The translations under genes and the position numbers were made by a program. The notes under the pieces were generated by a model, which worked only from the letters and a program-made list of their open reading frames with translations, did not search any database and was not told where the DNA came from. Positions 30,225 through 34,438 of a stretch of 34,438 bases of DNA are shown here, one piece after another (position 1 is the stretch's first letter; each line of letters starts with the position of its first letter). The DNA comes from an uncultured Planctomycetaceae bacterium (GTDB lineage Bacteria; Planctomycetota; Planctomycetia; Pirellulales; Pirellulaceae), in assembly GCA_903921945.1 (NCBI GenBank), contig CAIXSC010000173.1, positions 1 through 34,438 of the forward strand, given 5' to 3'.

Positions 30225-32771
30225 ATGGCCGACAACGTGTTTTTCGACGAACTGGCGCAGTCCTGGGAAGAGGAAGGCCTCTTCGCTCGCGACTTGAATG
30301 GCCAGTTGATTCGCGTCGTCGCGAAGACCGAGCAGGACTATTCGCGATACGTGACGGTGGTCATCGACGGCCAGGAGATCCAGGTGCCGCGCGCCGTCCC
30401 CACCACCGACGCGCAGGGCAACATCGTGCATGTCGACGCCGCTGGTCGCACGGTTCCGCGCGCGACCACTATCTTCGACGCCGCGCAGCAACTCATCCAG
30501 CGCGCGAACGCCGCCCGCCGCCAGGCCGATCCGCAGGCTTCGCCGGTTCCCAATCCGATTCCGACGCTGTGCCATTTGGAACATTTGAAGCCGGTCGGTG
30601 TTTGTCGCGTTTGTTCGGTGGCGGTGGAGACGTTCGAGGTCGATCCGCGCAACCCGAATGAAAAGAAACGCAAGCGGCAGGAAAAGCTGGTTCCCGCCTG
30701 CATGCAACCGGTTGAAGACAACATGATCGTCCACACGCTCGAATCGCCCGACTCGCGGCAACGCGGCAAGGTGGAACAGAGCGTGAAAGTGTTGTTCGAA
30801 CTGCTCGGGTCCGACCATTTGCCATCCTCGCCCCCCGCCCGTGGCGAGCAAGCGAGCGATCTGGAACGGCTCTTCGAGCGTTACAGCGGCCGGCTCGGCG
30901 CCCGCCGCGACCGCTTCGCACGGGCCGAAGCGCCGATCGCACCGCAAGACGACTCCTCGCCGCTCATCCATGTCGACCACGACGCCTGCATCCTGTGCGA
31001 TCGCTGCTCGCGCTCGTGCGGCGACGTCAAACAAAACTTCATCATCGGCCGGCAGGGTAAGGGCTATCTCGCGCAAATTGGCTTCGACCTCGGCAATCCG
31101 ATGGGCGAGTCGAACTGCGTCGAATGCGGCGAATGCATGCTCGCCTGTCCCACCACCGCGCTGACGTTCCGTAAACCGGTCGAGTCGGACTGGTACCGCG
31201 AGCAGTTGGCGAAACCGGGCCGCGCCGCCGTGTCCCCCGGCGAAATGGAGGAGAACGAGCTGCTGCGGACCTTGCCGTGGCGCTACCGTCAGTGGAACCA
31301 AAGCTCTGTGCTGCGTTGGCGAGTGAAACGCGGCGACGAACTGTGTCGGCTCGGCGACTACGGCTCGACCGCTTTTGTGCTGCATAGCGGTTCCTTCGGC
31401 GCTTGGCTGCCGCGTCGCGACGCCACTAGCGGCGCGTTGGCCGCCGGCTGGGATCAAGGCGAGCCGACCTTTGTGTGCGGACCGGACGAATTGATACTCG
31501 GAGAAATGACGATCCTCAGCCAATATCCGCGGAACGCCACCGTCCGCGCGCTGGCCGACGGCGAGGTTTACGAAATCCGCCGCAACGTGCTTTTCACCTT
31601 GCAACGCAGTCCGGAAGCTCGCGAAAAACTCGATCGCGTCTATCGCCGCCGCGCGATCTCCAACCACCTGAACAAAGTCCCGCTCTTCGCGAAACTCTCG
31701 GAGGACGACCGGCGGAAATGCCGAGACTTGTTGCTCCGCGAGCCGTCAGCCGCGGCCGGCGCGGCAGGCGGCCGGCGATCGATCGAACTGGTTCACGTCG
31801 ATCCCGGACAGACGATTTTCCGCCAGGGCGAGCGGGCCGACTGCTTCTACATGATCTACATCGGCCACGTGAAAGTCTCGCAGACGTTTGGCGGACAGGA
31901 ACGCGTGCTGACCTATCTGCGGCCCGATCAGTCGTTCGGCGAAATCGCCTGTATTGGCGATTGGCCGGAGATTCGCGACGCGATTCCGCCCGACCAACGC
32001 GGGCCGCTCGACAACCGTCGGGCCGCTTCGTGCGCGGCACTGGATGATGTCGCTTTGGTTCGCATCGACGCTTCCGCCTTTCGCGCGTTGCTCCGCGAAG
32101 TGCCCGCGTTGAAAGCGCAAATCATCGACCAAGCCCGCGGGTACTTGGCCGATCGGCAAGGGCCCAGTCCGGCAGCCGCGCCGAAACGCCAGACCAGCAG
32201 TGAACTCCAAGCATTCACGGACCAGGGACTGTACAACGCGCAGCGGCTCTTGGTGCTTGACCTGGAATCGTGTACTCGATGCGATGAGTGTACCAAGGCC
32301 TGTTCGGACACCCATTCCGGTATCACTCGGCTGATCCGCGACGGCCTCCGGTTCGACAAGTGGCTGGTCGCCAGCAGTTGCCGCAGTTGCACCGATCCAT
32401 ATTGCTTGGTGGGATGTCCGGTCGACGCGATTCATCGTCTCGATCCGAATAGCTCGCATCAGCCGATCCGTATTTCCGCCGCCGATCGGCATCCCGATTC
32501 GCAACGCACCGAAATCCAGATCGAAAACAATTGCATCGGGTGCGGTTTGTGCGCGAAAAACTGTCCCTACGGCAACATCAATATGCACGGCGAAGAACGG
32601 CTGGATGCGGCCACCAAGCGGCCGGTCGTGCAGTTCCGCGCGACCACCTGCGATCTGTGTGGCGATATCGTCGGCAATCAATGGCGCGATGTCAGTTGCG
32701 TCTACGCTTGCCCTCATGATGCGGCTCATCGCGTTCGCGGCGATGAACTCCTAACTATGCTCCGTCGTTGA
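30225..32771 (+). CDS. Multidomain Fe-S protein: HoxU/NuoG-N-terminal-like 2Fe-2S plus 2x[4Fe-4S], two cyclic-nucleotide-binding domains, and a C-terminal DmsB/NrfC/HybA-type 4-cluster ferredoxin, 848 aa
   Basis: The 2Fe-2S pattern reads PTLCHLEHLKPVGVCRVCSV...PAC. CILCDRCSRSC and CVECGECMLACP follow. The cNMP-like segments read ILGEMTILSQYPRNATVRALADGEVYEI and FRQGERADCFYMIYIGHVKV...FGEIACIG...RRAASCAALDDVALVRI. The C-terminal clusters are CTRCDECTKAC, CRSCTDPYCLVGCP, CIGCGLCAKNCP, CDLCGD...CVYACP. Confidence 0.85.
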   Translation: MADNVFFDELAQSWEEEGLFARDLNGQLIRVVAKTEQDYSRYVTVVIDGQEIQVPRAVPTTDAQGNIVHVDAAGRTVPRATTIFDAAQQLIQRANAARRQADPQASPVPNPIPTLCHLEHLKPVGVCRVCSVAVETFEVDPRNPNEKKRKRQEKLVPACMQPVEDNMIVHTLESPDSRQRGKVEQSVKVLFELLGSDHLPSSPPARGEQASDLERLFERYSGRLGARRDRFARAEAPIAPQDDSSPLIHVDHDACILCDRCSRSCGDVKQNFIIGRQGKGYLAQIGFDLGNPMGESNCVECGECMLACPTTALTFRKPVESDWYREQLAKPGRAAVSPGEMEENELLRTLPWRYRQWNQSSVLRWRVKRGDELCRLGDYGSTAFVLHSGSFGAWLPRRDATSGALAAGWDQGEPTFVCGPDELILGEMTILSQYPRNATVRALADGEVYEIRRNVLFTLQRSPEAREKLDRVYRRRAISNHLNKVPLFAKLSEDDRRKCRDLLLREPSAAAGAAGGRRSIELVHVDPGQTIFRQGERADCFYMIYIGHVKVSQTFGGQERVLTYLRPDQSFGEIACIGDWPEIRDAIPPDQRGPLDNRRAASCAALDDVALVRIDASAFRALLREVPALKAQIIDQARGYLADRQGPSPAAAPKRQTSSELQAFTDQGLYNAQRLLVLDLESCTRCDECTKACSDTHSGITRLIRDGLRFDKWLVASSCRSCTDPYCLVGCPVDAIHRLDPNSSHQPIRISAADRHPDSQRTEIQIENNCIGCGLCAKNCPYGNINMHGEERLDAATKRPVVQFRATTCDLCGDIVGNQWRDVSCVYACPHDAAHRVRGDELLTMLRR

Positions 32772-32785
32772 TCGGGCTGCCTGTC

Positions 32786-34438
32786 ATGAACCGCTCCCGC
32801 AGCCGTCGTCGCTGGACGACGCTCGCTTTGATCCTGTTGCCCGTCGCGGTCCTGGCGGCGATTGTCGCGCTCCGCCTCCAGCCGCGTCGCGAGGCTCAAT
32901 GCGAGCTTCTGACGGCGGCCAAGACGAAGGCGATCGCGCTGCTCGAAAATGGCAAAGAGAACTTGGCCGAGCCGCTGTGGGACCAGATCGCCGCGCTCCT
33001 GCCGAACGAACCGCTGGCTGCTCGGAATCGAGCGCTCGGCCGGTTGCTCGTCTTGTCCAAGGACAAGAGTGAAGAAGTCTTCGCGAACGCGACGGCGGCG
33101 GTTGCCGCCGCGAAATTGGCCGAGCCATCTTCCTGGGTGCCGTTCTGGATCGAAGGCCGGCTGGAATTGCTGAAGAAGGATCTTCCCACAGCGCCGGAAA
33201 CGCAGGACGCCCACCTTTCCGCCGCGCTGCGGGCCTTCGCCGAATCGGCCCGACTCGGGCCCGACCAAGCGATTCCTCGTTACGAACAGTTCCAAGCCAG
33301 CAAACTCTCCGCGGTCGAAGCTGAAGTGTCCGCCGGCCGGCTCGCGCTTGCCGAGGCCTATCGACTCGATCCGGCGAACCTGTTCATCGCGCTTGACTGG
33401 TTGGAGGTCGCGGCCGAGGCCCGCGATGCCAAGTTTGCCGCCGCCGTCAGCCAGTTCTTGAAAACACTCGGACCGCTCCTCCCTGGTTTGAAACGCCGCA
33501 CGCGGATCGATGTCGAACCGTTCGTGCAACAGGCGGTCGAAATGGCGGCGAAGGACCAATGGCCACAAGCGGCTGGCATCGTGCGTCGACTCGGATTCGT
33601 CCGCGCCGAGGATGTCGCCCAAAGCGACTATCGCCGCATTCTGCCCAATCCGTTGGAACTTGTGCTGCACGAATTCCGCGACGCCCGCTGCGACCCGCCC
33701 GTGCCCGTCGCGGCGCCCGCGATTCCCGTTCAATTCACCTCCCAGCGAATCACGGGGAGCGCCCCAGCCGCGTCCGGCAAGGCTCGACCGGGCGACGTTC
33801 GCGTCGTCGACTTCGACTTGGACGGGCAACTTGATGTTGTCTGGCTGGACACGGAAAAGTTGACGGTGTTTTCCCGAACGGCACCGATGAACGGGACATC
33901 GCCCAGTTGGAAAGCGACCTACAGCTTTCCTGTGGAAGCCGGATATCACCGCTTGCTCGCCGCCGACCTGGACCGTGACGACAAAGGGGCCGATCGACCG
34001 CCGCCACGCGATGTGGAACTGTTCTTTCAGGCGGATGCCGACCTCGTCCTTTACGGTCCCGCGGGACTGCGTGTGTACCGCAATCGGTTGGATCCAGCGA
34101 CCGGTGAACGGCGTTTGGAAAACGTGGAGCAAACCGAGTCGTTGGCGGCCGCACGCGAGGTGTCGGCGGCGACGCTCGCCGACTTCGATCACGACGGCGA
34201 TCTCGATCTGGCTTTCGCCGCGGCAGGTGGCGTTGGCCTCTGGATCAATCGCGGGAACCTCACGTTTGACGATGTCTCCGCGTCGTCGACGTTGCCACCG
34301 CGTGGTGTGTTGCCGGCGGGACTGCAGGCCGTCGATTGGGACCGTGATATCGACGCCGACATTCTCGTTGCGGACGCCAGCGGACAAACGCTCGGCTACT
34401 TGGAAAACCTGCGGCATATCGAATTCCGTTGGCGGCCG
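32786..34438 (+). CDS. Membrane-anchored protein with helical (TPR-like) N-terminal region and FG-GAP/VCBS beta-propeller repeats; partial, continues past the window end
   Basis: Absent from the ORF track (no in-window stop). The ATG at 32786 opens a frame that stays open to 34438 (551 codons): MNRSRSRRRWTTLALILLPVAVLAAIVAL.... FG-GAP-like repeats include VRVVDFDLDGQLDVVWL, LLAADLDRDD, ATLADFDHDGDLDLAFA and LQAVDWDRDIDADILVA. The 563-aa minus-strand ORF 32726-34417 is its antisense shadow. Confidence 0.78.
   Translation, partial: MNRSRSRRRWTTLALILLPVAVLAAIVALRLQPRREAQCELLTAAKTKAIALLENGKENLAEPLWDQIAALLPNEPLAARNRALGRLLVLSKDKSEEVFANATAAVAAAKLAEPSSWVPFWIEGRLELLKKDLPTAPETQDAHLSAALRAFAESARLGPDQAIPRYEQFQASKLSAVEAEVSAGRLALAEAYRLDPANLFIALDWLEVAAEARDAKFAAAVSQFLKTLGPLLPGLKRRTRIDVEPFVQQAVEMAAKDQWPQAAGIVRRLGFVRAEDVAQSDYRRILPNPLELVLHEFRDARCDPPVPVAAPAIPVQFTSQRITGSAPAASGKARPGDVRVVDFDLDGQLDVVWLDTEKLTVFSRTAPMNGTSPSWKATYSFPVEAGYHRLLAADLDRDDKGADRPPPRDVELFFQADADLVLYGPAGLRVYRNRLDPATGERRLENVEQTESLAAAREVSAATLADFDHDGDLDLAFAAAGGVGLWINRGNLTFDDVSASSTLPPRGVLPAGLQAVDWDRDIDADILVADASGQTLGYLENLRHIEFRWRP

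Noticed and set aside
28404-31667. Very long minus-strand ORF (1087 aa), the longest in the track
   Set aside because: It is antisense to the NuoE/F and Fe-S/cNMP genes, whose plus-strand translations carry unmistakable cofactor-binding motifs. Its own translation is Arg/Ala/Gly-rich with no motifs, a typical shadow ORF in GC-rich DNA.
32726-34417. 563-aa minus-strand ORF
   Set aside because: It is antisense to the open plus-strand frame encoding FG-GAP repeats (32786 to the window end). The plus frame has a sensible signal anchor and repeat motifs; the minus translation is low-complexity and Arg-rich.

Overview
GC-rich chromosomal window with about 30 protein-coding genes and no rRNA, tRNA, CRISPR array or recognisable mobile element. 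All calls come from reading the translations and DNA by eye; no database search was run. The gene content suggests Planctomycetota (inference): several groEL copies, a type II glutamine synthetase, PQQ-propeller and FG-GAP proteins, and many secreted proteins with low-complexity linkers. Left to right: a groEL-groES-groEL heat-shock locus on the minus strand; a 1.1 kb stretch with no credible ORF; glnII with a strong terminator; a signalling block (kinase-like/PP2C fusion, HTH-first response regulator, frameshifted histidine kinase); an ExbB-ExbD pair translationally coupled to a membrane-anchored Ala/Pro-rich protein with a toroid-repeat C-terminus; housekeeping genes (eda, bifunctional nuclease, DinB, queD, PurM-like); three secreted hypothetical proteins; a repeat-rich zone (147 bp tandem duplication, EF-hand protein with 39 nt repeats, PQQ propeller with 15 nt repeats). 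The most interesting part is a tightly packed same-strand cluster at 23.7-34.4 kb. It encodes a His-rich polytopic membrane protein, a membrane-anchored decaheme cytochrome c, a second multiheme cytochrome, a NuoE-NuoF fusion, and a large Fe-S protein with two cyclic-nucleotide-binding domains set between a HoxU/NuoG-like N-terminus and a DmsB/NrfC-like polyferredoxin; an FG-GAP protein follows. I propose it is an uncharacterised NAD(P)H-linked, cyclic-nucleotide-gated electron conduit across the membrane. Many long ORFs in the track are antisense shadows typical of GC-rich DNA and were rejected.
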